Program-made: the position numbers and the translations under genes
Source: Verrucomicrobiota bacterium
GTDB lineage: Bacteria > Verrucomicrobiota > Verrucomicrobiia > Opitutales > Seribacteraceae
NCBI GenBank assembly: GCA_027622665.1
Contig: JAQBYT010000002.1
Location: 288,001-352,000, forward strand
Reading direction: 5' to 3'
DNA: 64,000 nucleotides
In this document: positions 10,834 to 22,055 of the stretch, piece after piece
Layout: every line of letters begins with the position of its first letter
How positions within the stretch are numbered: the stretch's first letter is position 1
The notes under the pieces: model-generated
What the model was told of the DNA's origin: nothing
Database searches by the model: none
Seen by the model: only the letters and a program-made list of their open reading frames with translations

Positions 10834-12408
10834 ATGCCAACTCTCCGTTTCCTACTTGGCCTGCAATTGGTTTTCTTCTCGGCTTTTCTGTATGCCGAGA
10901 AGCGGCCGAACATACTGCTCGTCATGGTCGACGACATGGGTTGGTCCGACCTCGGTTGCTACGGCGGCGAGATCGATACGCCCAACGTCGACTCACTGGC
11001 AGCCGGTGGGCTGCGTTTCACGCGGTTTTACAACAACTCCGTCTGCGGCCCCACTCGGGCTTCCTTGCTTACCGGGCTCTACTGCCAGCAAACCGGGCAC
11101 CGAGGTAACCACTGGAACCAACCGAAGGATTTTTCGAAATGCGTACTCATTCCCGAGTTGCTACAGGATGGTGGCTACCACACCGCCATGGTCGGCAAGT
11201 GGCAAGGGCGCGACCTCGCGGTGAAGCGTGGATTCAACCGTTTCTTCGGACCCAACTGCCAAGGCATGATCAGCTATTGGCATCCCGTCGTGAGCAACGA
11301 TTTCTACCTCGACGACAAGCCGTGGAAATTCACCGACGATTTTTTCATGACCGATGCCTTCAACGACCATGCGGTTACCTTTTTGAAAGAAGCCGTCACC
11401 GGCACAAAGCCTTTCTTTCTCTACGTCGGCTACGTTGCCCCGCACTGGCCCTTGCACGCCCGCGAGAAAACCATCGCACGCTACCGCGAGCGCTATCGCA
11501 AAAAAGGCTGGAACGGCTGGCGGGCCACCCGCCTCGAGCGCCAGCAACAGATGGGTCTATTGCCGGATGGCGCCAAGCCCGCCCCCTATCCTGGAAACGT
11601 TCCGGACTGGGAGAAGGACAAGCACAAGGACTGGCAGGCCGAGCGCATGGCGGTGTACGCCGCCCAAATCGCCAACGTCGACCGCGGGGTTGGGCGCATG
11701 CTTGAGGTGTTGAAGAAATCCGGACAGCTCGACGACACTCTCATCCTCTTTCTCTCAGACAATGGAGCCGCTCCCAATGGCGGGTTCGGGCCAAGCAACA
11801 GTGGTTTTGGATTCAGTTCCACTTCCCCAAAAAACAATTGGCGGAGGGACAAGGCCACCATTCGGCCCGGCAGTGGTCCGAAAGTCATGCCCGGTCCGCA
11901 CGATACTTTTTCCGGGTACGGATTGGCCTGGGCCCTCACCAGCAACACGCCCTTGCGCAGTACCAAGTTATCGTCCTATGAGGGCGGCATCCGTACCCCG
12001 CTCATCGCCCATTGGCCCAAGGTCATTAAGAAAGTAAACGGTCTCACTCGCCAACCCGGCCACGTCATCGACGTCATGGCCACCTGCCTCGACCTGGCCG
12101 AGCTAAAATATCCCACCAAGTTCCAGAACCGTCGCCCCCTTCCCATGGAGGGCAAAAGCCTTGTCCCCACCCTGCGGGGTGAGAAGCGAGCCGGTCACGA
12201 GACCTTGGCTTGGGCGAATCCTCGCGGCCGTGCTCTGATCATGGCCGACTGGAAAATCGTTCGCCCCGGCAACAAGCTGCCGTGGGAACTCTATGATCTC
12301 TCATCCGATCCTGGCGAAACCGCCAACCTCGCCAAGCGTCACCCTAACCGCGTCGAGGACATGGCCGATCGCTATGAAACTTGGCGGGAACGAGTCGGCG
12401 CCCGCTAA
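10834..12408 (+). CDS. Secreted arylsulfatase
   Basis: PNILLVMVDDMG, CGPTR, APHWPLHA, SDNG, YEGGIRTP; ATG at 10834 gives a signal peptide. Confidence 0.92.
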   Translation: MPTLRFLLGLQLVFFSAFLYAEKRPNILLVMVDDMGWSDLGCYGGEIDTPNVDSLAAGGLRFTRFYNNSVCGPTRASLLTGLYCQQTGHRGNHWNQPKDFSKCVLIPELLQDGGYHTAMVGKWQGRDLAVKRGFNRFFGPNCQGMISYWHPVVSNDFYLDDKPWKFTDDFFMTDAFNDHAVTFLKEAVTGTKPFFLYVGYVAPHWPLHAREKTIARYRERYRKKGWNGWRATRLERQQQMGLLPDGAKPAPYPGNVPDWEKDKHKDWQAERMAVYAAQIANVDRGVGRMLEVLKKSGQLDDTLILFLSDNGAAPNGGFGPSNSGFGFSSTSPKNNWRRDKATIRPGSGPKVMPGPHDTFSGYGLAWALTSNTPLRSTKLSSYEGGIRTPLIAHWPKVIKKVNGLTRQPGHVIDVMATCLDLAELKYPTKFQNRRPLPMEGKSLVPTLRGEKRAGHETLAWANPRGRALIMADWKIVRPGNKLPWELYDLSSDPGETANLAKRHPNRVEDMADRYETWRERVGAR

Positions 12409-12421
12409 ATCCTGCCTGTTT

Positions 12422-13828
12422 ATGAAAATTGTTTATCCCTCCCTCGCATTTTTCCTGATTACCTTAATCTCAAGCGCCAAATTCTTCATCGTCAAAGACG
12501 GTTAGGCTCTCGCTGAGATTGTGTTGGCTGAGGACGCCCCGCGCTCGACCCGCTTTGCGGCACGGGACTTGCAGACCTACATCGAAAAGATGACCGGAGC
12601 GAAGCTGGCGGTGCTGAGCTCGCCCAGCGGGAAGGGGTTGGTGAAACTGTTCGTCGGCGAAAGCGAGGGCACGAGGTCACTCAATCTCTCGACCAAGGGG
12701 CTGGAGCACGGAGCCTACCAGCTGGTTTCCGGTTCGGACTGGCTGGCTTTTCTGGGCGATGACACTGATTTTGTCCCCAAGGAGCCGTGGGCGAAGAACA
12801 ACGGTGATCGCGTTACAGGCAAGGACCAGCGGGAATGGGAGCAGGCCTCGGGCACCTCCTTCGGCGTACCCAACGGCGGCATGTACAAGAACCGCGAACG
12901 CATGCCTGCTGACCTCTCCCGCGAGCAGGACGAACGGTACTGGAATTTCGATGAGCGTGGCTCCTTCAATGCCGTGTGCGGCTTTCTTAAGCAACTGGGC
13001 GTTCGCTGGTACCTACCGGGCGAACTGGGTGAGGTGGTGCCCAAGCGCGACGTCATCGCCCTGCCGAAACTGGATACGATCGTCAAACCGGATTTTCCCT
13101 TACGGCAATTCAGCGTTCGCTTCGGCACGGCCAGTGCCCCCACCACCATGTGGATGATGCGGTTGGGCACGCGCAACCCCTACGGCCTGATGATCGCCCA
13201 TGGAATGCACACCATGACCCACAACGAGCACACCTTGAAGAACCACCCCGACTGGTTCGCCCTCTACGGCGGCAAGCGCGCCATCAAGCGCGGTGAACGC
13301 CTCAATCACCTCTGTTACTCCAACCCCGAACTCTTCAAGGCCACCGTGCAATGGGCCCGAGCACAGGTTCTAAACAAGAATGGTCCCGCCGCCGAGGCCG
13401 ACCTGCAGACCGCTCTCGCCGTCACTTCCGACAAGCGGCTCCGTTCCAGTATTATCGCTAACCTCGGGCACAACCGCGAAACCAATCTCAAGGACGAGGC
13501 CAGTGCCCTCATTGCCTACCGCCAAAACTTCATTGGCAAGGAACGTATTGGAGGGGCAGACGAATTTCGCTCGGTCCAGCAGGCTGCCCGCATCCTCTCC
13601 CGACAAGGCAAACACGACGATGCCCTGCAGACACTCGCCCACATCGATCTCGATAAAACCAACGGTTCATGGCTCGCCACCACCCTTGCGTTCAAGGGAG
13701 ACCTTCTGGTCGCAGCCAAGCGTCCCGATGAAGCCCGGGTCTCGTACCGTAAGGCCTTGGCCGAAGCCAGCCTGCCGGCTTCAGTCCGCAAGGTGGTTAA
13801 TATATCCTTGGCTGAATTGATTAAGTAA
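12422..13828 (+). pseudogene. DUF4838-family protein, disrupted (in-frame TAG at 12503-12505 and probable internal deletion near 13366 joining it to a TPR-like C-terminus)
   Basis: MKIVYPSLAFFLITLISSAKFFIVKDG*ALAEIVLAEDAP is one frame; LGVRWYLPGELGEVVP and HPDWFAL..G.R...LCYSNP then switch abruptly to TPR-like helices. Confidence 0.7.
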
Positions 13829-13887
13829 TTCCAGAACCTCTCCCTAGGGATATTGACAGGAGAGCTCTACGGACCAAGTTTGAACGC

Positions 13888-15246
13888 ATGAGCAATGTGA
13901 TGCGATTCGGAGCTGCGGGAGACGGTAAGGCTGATGATGGGGAGGCGATCCGTCATGCGGTGGAAGAGGGCGATGGAGTCTTGCATTTTCCGCCCGGGAC
14001 TTATCGCATTACTTCCCCGATCGAAATCACTCTGTCGGAAAGCGGTCCCTTGGGGATTGATGGTACGGGCGGCACGGCGCGTGTGCTGATGGCAGGCAAG
14101 GGCCCGGCCTTTCGTTTGATCGGGGCGCATCGAGGCACGGGTGATCCTGGTAGTCGGAACGGCAATGTCGCGACTCATCAGCGGATGCCGACGATAAAAA
14201 ACATTGAGGTGGAAGGCGCCCATCCGGAGGCTGACGGCTTTGAACTGATCCAGACCATGCAGTCGGTATTCGAGGGCGTGATGGTTACGCGGTGTCGGCA
14301 TGGAATCCATCTTGTCGATCGGAATCGGAACGTTCTCATCAGTCATTGCCATGTGTATTTTAACACCGGTGTGGGCATTTTTCTCGATGGCGTGAACTTG
14401 CACCAGATCAACATCGCCGGAAGTCACGTCGGTTACAATCGATTGGGTGGTATTCGGGTTGAGCGTTCGGAGGTGCGTAACCTCCAGATCACCGGTAATG
14501 ACATCGAGTACAATAACCATCGATCACACAAGACCGCACCGGAACCGACTGCCGAAATCTACATCGATACTACCGCCGAAGGTTCCAGCGTAAACGAGGT
14601 GACCATTGCCTCGAACACCATCCAAGCCACTGGTTCGCCAGGGGGCGCTAATATTCGCATAAAGGAAAAACCTGATGTATCGAGGCCTCCCGGGCTCTTT
14701 GCGATAAGTGGCAATGTCATTGGCAGTCAGGAAAATAACGTGCACCTCACCGGGTGCTACGGTGTAGCGCTCAGCGGCAATACCATCTATTCGTGCGAAA
14801 GCCGCAACCTACTGATCGAGGACTCGCGTCTTATCAACATAAGCGGAAACTCCTTTCGCCGCCACACTCCGAGGTATGGCACCGGTGTGCGTTTTGTAGA
14901 TTCCTCGGACATCACTTTCACCGGCTGTGGCATTCACGATGAAACCGAAACCGGTCAGTCCGGTATCACGGCGTTGTTGGAGTTGGAAAAGTGCGAGCGT
15001 ATCAACGTCACCGGAAGCCAGTTCATTAATGGCGCCATCGGCGTTGCCGCCTCGGACTGCTCTCACGTGACCTTGACCGGCAATACCCTGCACGATATTC
15101 GCGAAAAACCAATTGCTCAGCATGCCATCCGCTTTACCGGCAAAGGTGCGGGCAACTTGGCCACCGGAAACACCATCGGTACCACCCGGGGCAAGTCCAT
15201 TCACGGTGACCTGACATCCAATGGCAACCTGTCAATCGATCAATGA
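13888..15246 (+). CDS. Right-handed parallel beta-helix protein (pectate-lyase-3-like N-terminus)
   Basis: FGAAGDGKADD..AI, FPPGTYRI and repeated ITGN/ISGN strands. Confidence 0.85.
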   Translation: MSNVMRFGAAGDGKADDGEAIRHAVEEGDGVLHFPPGTYRITSPIEITLSESGPLGIDGTGGTARVLMAGKGPAFRLIGAHRGTGDPGSRNGNVATHQRMPTIKNIEVEGAHPEADGFELIQTMQSVFEGVMVTRCRHGIHLVDRNRNVLISHCHVYFNTGVGIFLDGVNLHQINIAGSHVGYNRLGGIRVERSEVRNLQITGNDIEYNNHRSHKTAPEPTAEIYIDTTAEGSSVNEVTIASNTIQATGSPGGANIRIKEKPDVSRPPGLFAISGNVIGSQENNVHLTGCYGVALSGNTIYSCESRNLLIEDSRLINISGNSFRRHTPRYGTGVRFVDSSDITFTGCGIHDETETGQSGITALLELEKCERINVTGSQFINGAIGVAASDCSHVTLTGNTLHDIREKPIAQHAIRFTGKGAGNLATGNTIGTTRGKSIHGDLTSNGNLSIDQ

Positions 15247-15336
15247 TCATGATTGTTTCTTGAGGTTCAGACGGATGGGTGGACCGATGAATGTTTCCTT
15301 CCTCAACTTTTATAACTGATCATCCAGGACAAGAAT

Positions 15337-16410
15337 ATGCGCAACTTCACTTTTTTACTGGCCATGGCGATTACGGCTTTGGCCCAAAATGAAACGCAGT
15401 GGCGTGATGTCACGGAGTGGGGCGTCGAGGGTCGGGGTTGGGCGGATCAGGAGCGCAAGCGTTGGTTCGATCGTTTTCCGACCAAGGCGGAGGGCAAGGT
15501 AACTCAGGCGGTCTGGAACCTCAGTCGCCACAGCGCCGGCATGATGGTCCGATTCAAGACGAATGCCACCGCAATCCATGCGAAATGGAAGCTCTTGTCC
15601 GCACGCTTGGGCATGCCGCACATGCCGCCCAGCGGGGTGAGCGGACTGGATCTGTATGCCCGTGACGCCAAAGGCCGATGGCGCTGGGCAGCGGCCACCA
15701 AGCCCAATAAACAGGAAATGCAGACCACGCTGCTTTCCGGGATAGCGCCCGGCATGCGCGAGTACGCCCTGTATCTCCCGCTCTACAACGGCACCGAGTC
15801 ACTGGAGATCGGGTTGCCCGGAGGTGCCAAGTTCGAGAGCCTTGCTCCACGGAAGGCGAAGCCACTGGTGTTTTACGGTACCTCCATCACGCATGGAGCC
15901 TGCGCTTCGCGCCCGGGCTTGGCTCATCCGGCCATCCTGGGTCGGCGGTTCGAGATGCCGGTCATCAATATTGGCTTCTCCGGCAATGGTCGCATGCACA
16001 AGGAAGTGGGAGACCTCATGGCCGAACTGGATGCGGCTTGCTACGTCATCGACTGTTTGCCCAACATGAACGCAACCACCGTCACCGAACGTTGCGTGCC
16101 CTTGGTCAAGCAACTGCGCAAAGCACATCCCAAAACGCCCATTCTTCTGGTGGAAGACCGAAGTTTCGCCAATGCTTGGCTTATTCCGGCCAAGGCGAAA
16201 TTTCACGATGAAAACCGGGCCGCACTCCGCAAGGCGTATGAGCAATTAAAAGCCGCCGGCATGAAGCAACTCCATTATCTTAGTGGCGATCTTCTCCTGG
16301 GCGATGACGCCGAAGGCACCACCGATGGTTCGCACCCGAACGACCTCGGGTTTCTACGACAAGCCGATGCCATCGAACCCGTGCTGCGCCGAGCTCTGGG
16401 TGTGAAGTAA
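15337..16410 (+). CDS. SGNH/GDSL hydrolase with N-terminal GxDLY domain
   Basis: SGLDLY, YGTSIT, GFSGNG, DGSHP. Confidence 0.88.
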   Translation: MRNFTFLLAMAITALAQNETQWRDVTEWGVEGRGWADQERKRWFDRFPTKAEGKVTQAVWNLSRHSAGMMVRFKTNATAIHAKWKLLSARLGMPHMPPSGVSGLDLYARDAKGRWRWAAATKPNKQEMQTTLLSGIAPGMREYALYLPLYNGTESLEIGLPGGAKFESLAPRKAKPLVFYGTSITHGACASRPGLAHPAILGRRFEMPVINIGFSGNGRMHKEVGDLMAELDAACYVIDCLPNMNATTVTERCVPLVKQLRKAHPKTPILLVEDRSFANAWLIPAKAKFHDENRAALRKAYEQLKAAGMKQLHYLSGDLLLGDDAEGTTDGSHPNDLGFLRQADAIEPVLRRALGVK

Positions 16411-16486
16411 GCTCTGGTTATCGTTTGGAAATTGTCAAACGAGGTCGAATCTTCTATTTGGTAAGCATTAACCAATTCTTTCTACC

Positions 16487-19400
16487 ATGCGATTTTTCAT
16501 CTTCCTTGTTATTTCCTTTAACCTACCTTTCTTGGGTATTCAAGCTGTTGGCGAACCAATTGCCGTGTCCGAGGCGGACATGCCGGCCCTGAATAATAAG
16601 CAGACTCCTTTTCGCGGAGTCATCAAGCACGATGGTTACGTTGGTCATACTTGGGTGAGTTATCCTCATGTCGAGAATCCCGCCAGCCTCGGGATCGATC
16701 CTCAGGGGCGACTATTCGTAGCAGAGGCAAATCGATTTTGGTTCGGAGTGCCCGATCTTCGTGGAGCCCAGCAAATGACGAGGGGCGATTTCAGATCGGT
16801 TACAGTGGAGGATCGGCAAAAATTGTACGACGAGCATATCTCTCTCCATGGACCCGGGCCCAAGGATAAGGACGCGGCTTGGTATACTAAGGTGCCGGAC
16901 CGTATCATACGGTTAGCGGATCGCGACGGCAATGGGGCGGCCGACCATCGCAATTTGTTCTCCGATCATTTCAAGGGTTCTCTAGATGGCATCGGATTCT
17001 CAGTTTTGGCGGAAAATGATGGAGTCTACTTTACTTGTATTCCTGCTGTCTGGAAAATGACCGACGCCAACGACGATGGTGTTGCAGATACTCACGAGCG
17101 GATAGCGGAGGGTTTTGGAGTGCGGGTTTCCTTTATCGGACATGACCTGCATGGTGTTATTCGCGGACTGGATGGTCGGCTCTATTTCTCGGTGGGAGAT
17201 CGCGGCTATCACGTTACGACCAAGGAAGGGAAGGTGTATCCCGGTTCGGGTCGAGGAGCTGTCTTTCGTTGCGAGTCCGATGGATCCGGTTTTGAGGTAT
17301 ATGCGAAAGGATTGAGGAATCCTCAGGAGTTGGCATTCGATGATCACGGCAACCTCTTCACCTTCGACAACACTGGGGATATCGGCGATCGGGCCCGCAT
17401 TGTCTACTTATTGGAGAACACTGATTCCGGTTGGGACATGTCTCACCAGTCTGCCCATCACTATCGCCAGATTTTGGACTGGGGTGAATTTCATCCTGCC
17501 AAGTCGATGTGGGTTGCGGAACAGATGTTTCAACCCTATCGCAAGGATCAACCGCAGTGGGTGTATCCGCCTGTCGGTCACGTCGCAAACGGACCTTCCG
17601 GAGTTACTTGGTTGACCGGTGACTCGGTCCCCGAGGATTTGCGCGGTCAGTTTCTCCTGACAGATTATCGCGGTTCTCCGAGCGGCTCAAATACATTGGC
17701 GGTAAAAGTAGAACCTAAAGGAGCAGGTTTTAGCTTCAAGGGTTCTCAAGAAATCATTCGTGGCATAGCGGCCTCCGATGTTGAGCTCGGTTACGACGGA
17801 TGCCTTTATTTCGCGGACTACGGGGGTGGTTGGAGTGTTAACAAAAATGGTTCCATACAGGTGCTCGAACCAAAGGATCCCGCCTTGCTCAAGGCAGGTT
17901 CCGCTGTGGCCGAGTTATTTGCCAAGGGCTTGACCGGTCGTCCCCTTGCCGAATTGAGAGACTTGCTGAGCCATCCTGATCAACGGGTTCGCAAATTGTC
18001 GCAGTTCGAATTGGTCAAGCGTGGAGCCAAGGGCAAGGCTGCTCTTGAGGAAATGGCAAAGTCAGTGGATGGTTCTTTGTTCTCTCGCTTGCATGCGGTC
18101 TGGGGTTTGGGGCAACTGGGGCGACAAGGGCAAGGTTCCGATCATACTTTGCTCGATCTCTTGGCCGATGCCGATGCCGAGATTCGCACCAATGCGGTCC
18201 GAGTTGTCGGCGACCTTCGAATGGATGGATCCCGTGACGCTCTGCTCAAGTTGCTTGGCGATGATTCCAAGCGCGTCCGATCTTTGGCTGCAATCGCATT
18301 GGGTCGTGTTTGCAAGCGGGGAGATGCCGAAGCAATAGCGGCGCTTTATGGCGTCGCTTCCCAAAATGTTTCTGATTTCGACGTCGTTTTGCGACACTCC
18401 TGCCTCTCTGCCCTCGACTGGGTGGGGACTGTCGAAAGCGCCGCTAAGAAATCCGCCTCTCCCTTGGTCGAGGAACGTTTACTGGCCGTTCTCTTTCTGC
18501 GTCGGCAGGAAAGCCCCAAGTTGGCGGAATTTTTGAGTGATGCCGATCAGGCGGTTCGCATCGAAGCTATCCGGGCGATTTATGATACCAATGTGCTTGA
18601 TACTTGGGTGGGTAATCGTCTGGCATCTCTATCTGCAGCTGGTTTGCCGGAAACCGTGCAACGTCGAATTGTGGCGGCAAATTACCGAAAGGGAAAAGCC
18701 AAACACGCCAAGCGGATGGTTACCTTGGCCGGCGATGCAAAACTTCATAAGTCGGTTAGACAGTCTGCTCTTCAGGGTTTGCGAATGTGGGAAGCCTCCA
18801 TCGATACCGATCCGGTACTGGGCCACTATCGTCCCCAGGTTGTAAAGGAGCGCAGCAAGAAGCAACTTGGTGTCGATCTTACCGGTGCGCTTCGTCAATT
18901 CATTTCTCGCAAGCAGGATTCTGCCTCTCGTACTTTTTCCAATTCCCTGACGGCTTTGGCCACCAAACTAGCGAACGAGGTTGGGGTATCTCTGGATGTC
19001 GCTACCTTGCGAAGTCAGGTCGTGGATGGAGAAGTGTCTGCCGATGTGCGAGTCGCCACTCTCGGTAGCTTGGCTCAGGCCGGTCAAGCGTCCGATGATG
19101 CCCTAATTCTCAATCTGATTGAGGATGGTGACGCCTCCGTTCGAGCTGCCGCTTTGCATCATGCCTTCGATCGCAAACTGGATGGTGTCGCCGAACTGGG
19201 TTTAGTTGCCGTCAAGGAGGGGCCTATCTCGGCGGCCCGCAGTGGTATAGCCGGTTTGGCAAAACTGGATCCCGTAGCCTTGACGGGTATCTGGTCCGCT
19301 CGAGACAAGAGTTTGCGCCGTGAGCTTTGGCTCGACGCCTATTTGGCTCTTGCCGGGGCACGGGACTCCCAAGTCGGCAAGGCGGTCGCATCCTTTGCCG

Positions 19401-19897
19401 CGAAAGACCCACTCAACGTTTTTTCTCTTAGTGAAGTGGGTGGCGACCCCCTCGCCGGTGAACAAGTATTTCGTAATCAGGGAGCTTGTCTACAGTGCCA
19501 CAAAATAGGATCCGAGGGGGGAGTTCAGGGTCCAGACCTGACCACTGTTTCCGAACGCCTGAAATCGGCGGAATTACTCCAGTCCGTGATTACTCCAGGA
19601 GCTGTCATCGCCGAAGGTTATGGTCTTTCCAGTATTGCTCTTCGTGACGGAACTGCTCTTGTCGGCCGTCTTGCAAAGCAGACTGAAACGGATGTTCAGC
19701 TTGTCGCCTTGGACGGAAAGATATCGAACTTGAAGCGGGCCGAGATTGCCTCGATCTCTCCCCCCGTTTCCCCCATGCCGCCGCTTGGGATGACGCTGCC
19801 GCCTAGAGATTTGCGCGACCTCATAGCCTTTCTTGCCTCACGAACTGCTGCGAACAATGCCAAGCGCAATGAGACCAAGCACGGCGAGGGTGAATAA
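16487..19897 (+). CDS. PVC-type heme-binding CxxCH protein (beta-propeller dehydrogenase-like + HEAT repeats + cytochrome c)
   Basis: GLRNPQELAFDDHGNLF propeller, HEAT repeats, CLQCH, GPDL, SPMP. Confidence 0.88.
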   Translation: MRFFIFLVISFNLPFLGIQAVGEPIAVSEADMPALNNKQTPFRGVIKHDGYVGHTWVSYPHVENPASLGIDPQGRLFVAEANRFWFGVPDLRGAQQMTRGDFRSVTVEDRQKLYDEHISLHGPGPKDKDAAWYTKVPDRIIRLADRDGNGAADHRNLFSDHFKGSLDGIGFSVLAENDGVYFTCIPAVWKMTDANDDGVADTHERIAEGFGVRVSFIGHDLHGVIRGLDGRLYFSVGDRGYHVTTKEGKVYPGSGRGAVFRCESDGSGFEVYAKGLRNPQELAFDDHGNLFTFDNTGDIGDRARIVYLLENTDSGWDMSHQSAHHYRQILDWGEFHPAKSMWVAEQMFQPYRKDQPQWVYPPVGHVANGPSGVTWLTGDSVPEDLRGQFLLTDYRGSPSGSNTLAVKVEPKGAGFSFKGSQEIIRGIAASDVELGYDGCLYFADYGGGWSVNKNGSIQVLEPKDPALLKAGSAVAELFAKGLTGRPLAELRDLLSHPDQRVRKLSQFELVKRGAKGKAALEEMAKSVDGSLFSRLHAVWGLGQLGRQGQGSDHTLLDLLADADAEIRTNAVRVVGDLRMDGSRDALLKLLGDDSKRVRSLAAIALGRVCKRGDAEAIAALYGVASQNVSDFDVVLRHSCLSALDWVGTVESAAKKSASPLVEERLLAVLFLRRQESPKLAEFLSDADQAVRIEAIRAIYDTNVLDTWVGNRLASLSAAGLPETVQRRIVAANYRKGKAKHAKRMVTLAGDAKLHKSVRQSALQGLRMWEASIDTDPVLGHYRPQVVKERSKKQLGVDLTGALRQFISRKQDSASRTFSNSLTALATKLANEVGVSLDVATLRSQVVDGEVSADVRVATLGSLAQAGQASDDALILNLIEDGDASVRAAALHHAFDRKLDGVAELGLVAVKEGPISAARSGIAGLAKLDPVALTGIWSARDKSLRRELWLDAYLALAGARDSQVGKAVASFAAKDPLNVFSLSEVGGDPLAGEQVFRNQGACLQCHKIGSEGGVQGPDLTTVSERLKSAELLQSVITPGAVIAEGYGLSSIALRDGTALVGRLAKQTETDVQLVALDGKISNLKRAEIASISPPVSPMPPLGMTLPPRDLRDLIAFLASRTAANNAKRNETKHGEGE

Positions 19898-19906
19898 CAT
19901 GGTCAC

Positions 19907-21889
19907 ATGAATTCCATGTCTCTAGGATCGACCTCAAGAATTCTGGTTATCGCCTTTACTTCGCTAACTGTTCTTTTCGCTCAAGGTCTCGCTCTTCCAT
20001 CAAAATTCATCCAACCGGATCCCAAGGGCTTCCCCGAGCTCTTTGCTTTTACGGATACTTGCAACAGTTACCTTCTTCGTGACGGCGACGCCGCCTTGTT
20101 GATCGACTTGGGCGATGGTGGAGTCCTTGATCATCTGGATACTCTCGGCGTGAAGCATATCGAGTGGGTATTGTTCACCCATCACCATCGCGAGCAATGC
20201 CAAGGCATAGGAAAGGTCGATCGCAAGGTGACTCACGTGGCGGTTCCCGAGGGGGAGCGTGAGCTCTTTGAGAATCCGATCTCCTTTCGCAAATGGTTTC
20301 CCAAGCTAAACGACAAGTATTCCGTCTACGGGGCCAGTTACGCTCGACCACCCAGCCAACCTATCACCGTCGACAAGACATTGAAGGACGTCGAAACCTT
20401 TGCTTGGCGAGATTACCGAATCGAGTGCCTGTCAACCCCCGGGCATTCACCCGCCGGCATGACTTACCTGTTGCGTCGGAAGGGTGGGGCGATTGTCTTT
20501 ACGGGAGGCGTCATGCATGACGGGTCGAAGATGACCACTTGGTATGACTCCGAATGGGACTACGGTTTCGCCAAGGGTGTGGATGCTGTCCTTGGCTCTG
20601 TCGACAAACTTATCGAAAAGAAACCCGTTCTCGCCTTGCCCTCGCATGGACCCGCAATCCGTAATGCCACGGCTCAACTGAAAACCTACAGGGAAAAACT
20701 GACTACCTTTCGAGCGAGCTATATCCGCGGCTATGCGGTCCACAAGATGACCCCCAAGCAGAGTGATCCCATCTCGAAACCGACCGCCTTCCCCTTGATG
20801 AGCCGGGTTACTCCGCACCTTTACAAGCTGAACCCGGAGACCTTGGGCAAAAACTTCGCTATCATCATATCGGATAACGGGCGCGGTCTCGTACTCGACT
20901 GCGGGCTTTTCCCCGAGGTTTTGCTGCACCGATTGATCCAAGGCATGAAGAAGCACTTCGGGTTGAAACAGATCGATGCTCTCTGGATTTCGCACATGCA
21001 CGGTGACCACTTCCTGCTGGGCCCCGTCCTGCGGGAAAAGTACGGGGCCAAGACCTGGACATTGGACAGCATCGCCGACAAATGTGAGAACCCGCGCCGT
21101 TATGATTACGCCGCCCTCGTCTCGGCTTATGGTTCGGGTTACGTCGGCTCTTTTATTGACGGAATGAAGATCGACAAGCCTTTCCGCGATGGGGAGTCCG
21201 TGGACTGGGAGGGATACAAGGTGCAGATCGACTGGATGCCCGGACAGACCGAGTTCGGGTGTTGCCTGTGGTTGGAAATAGATGGAAAACGAATTGCCTT
21301 CACCGGGGACAATCTTTTTGCGGATTCTTCAAACGTTAAGCAGAACGGTCACGAGGCTGTGGTGGCCCGCAACAGTTCCATTCTCGAGGAAGGTTACTTG
21401 CTCGGAAGTCGATATCTTCGCGACTTGAAGCCCGACCTCGTGATGGGGGCGCACTCCTACGTCATGCCGAATCCCGCCGGTTTGCTTGATCGCTACCATG
21501 CGTGGTCCAAGGAAATTATTCGACTCTACAAGGATCTCTTGCCTGAGAAAGACTACGAATACCTCTACGACCCCTATTGGGTCTCGGCTTATCCCTATCG
21601 AGTCGATTTCACCAAGGAAACCACCCAAACCGTCGAGATCACGTTACGCAACTTTCGTTCCACGCCCCAGCTCCATCGTGTCGAGCTAAAGCTTCCGCCG
21701 GGCGTCAAGGCGGAACCTGCCGTTCTGGAGTCCTCCGTCGAGGCGGAGAGTCGTCGCAGTTTTCCCGTGCAGTTAACCATCGACCGTAAGGCCGTTTCGC
21801 CCGGTATCCAGATGATACCTTTTGACATTACGCTTGATGGTAAACGTCACGGTGAGCTTTTCGATTTCATTATCCGAACCGGCGAATAG
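19907..21889 (+). CDS. Tandem MBL-fold metallo-hydrolase
   Basis: Two MBL modules: THHHREQ/TPGHS/PSHG and SHMHGDH/PGQT/FTGD. Confidence 0.8.
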   Translation: MNSMSLGSTSRILVIAFTSLTVLFAQGLALPSKFIQPDPKGFPELFAFTDTCNSYLLRDGDAALLIDLGDGGVLDHLDTLGVKHIEWVLFTHHHREQCQGIGKVDRKVTHVAVPEGERELFENPISFRKWFPKLNDKYSVYGASYARPPSQPITVDKTLKDVETFAWRDYRIECLSTPGHSPAGMTYLLRRKGGAIVFTGGVMHDGSKMTTWYDSEWDYGFAKGVDAVLGSVDKLIEKKPVLALPSHGPAIRNATAQLKTYREKLTTFRASYIRGYAVHKMTPKQSDPISKPTAFPLMSRVTPHLYKLNPETLGKNFAIIISDNGRGLVLDCGLFPEVLLHRLIQGMKKHFGLKQIDALWISHMHGDHFLLGPVLREKYGAKTWTLDSIADKCENPRRYDYAALVSAYGSGYVGSFIDGMKIDKPFRDGESVDWEGYKVQIDWMPGQTEFGCCLWLEIDGKRIAFTGDNLFADSSNVKQNGHEAVVARNSSILEEGYLLGSRYLRDLKPDLVMGAHSYVMPNPAGLLDRYHAWSKEIIRLYKDLLPEKDYEYLYDPYWVSAYPYRVDFTKETTQTVEITLRNFRSTPQLHRVELKLPPGVKAEPAVLESSVEAESRRSFPVQLTIDRKAVSPGIQMIPFDITLDGKRHGELFDFIIRTGE

Positions 21890-22055
21890 GTATTCTCTGG
21901 AGTTTTCTGCAGTTGATTATGGTGCTACCTACTATCGGAATTTGGGGTTTCCGTCTACTTGACGCTTGTTCATCAAAACTGTTAGCTAGCTTTGGATCTA
22001 TGCCGTTCCCTTCAATCACTAGTTTTCCTCACTCAAACTCAACCTAGAACCTGTT

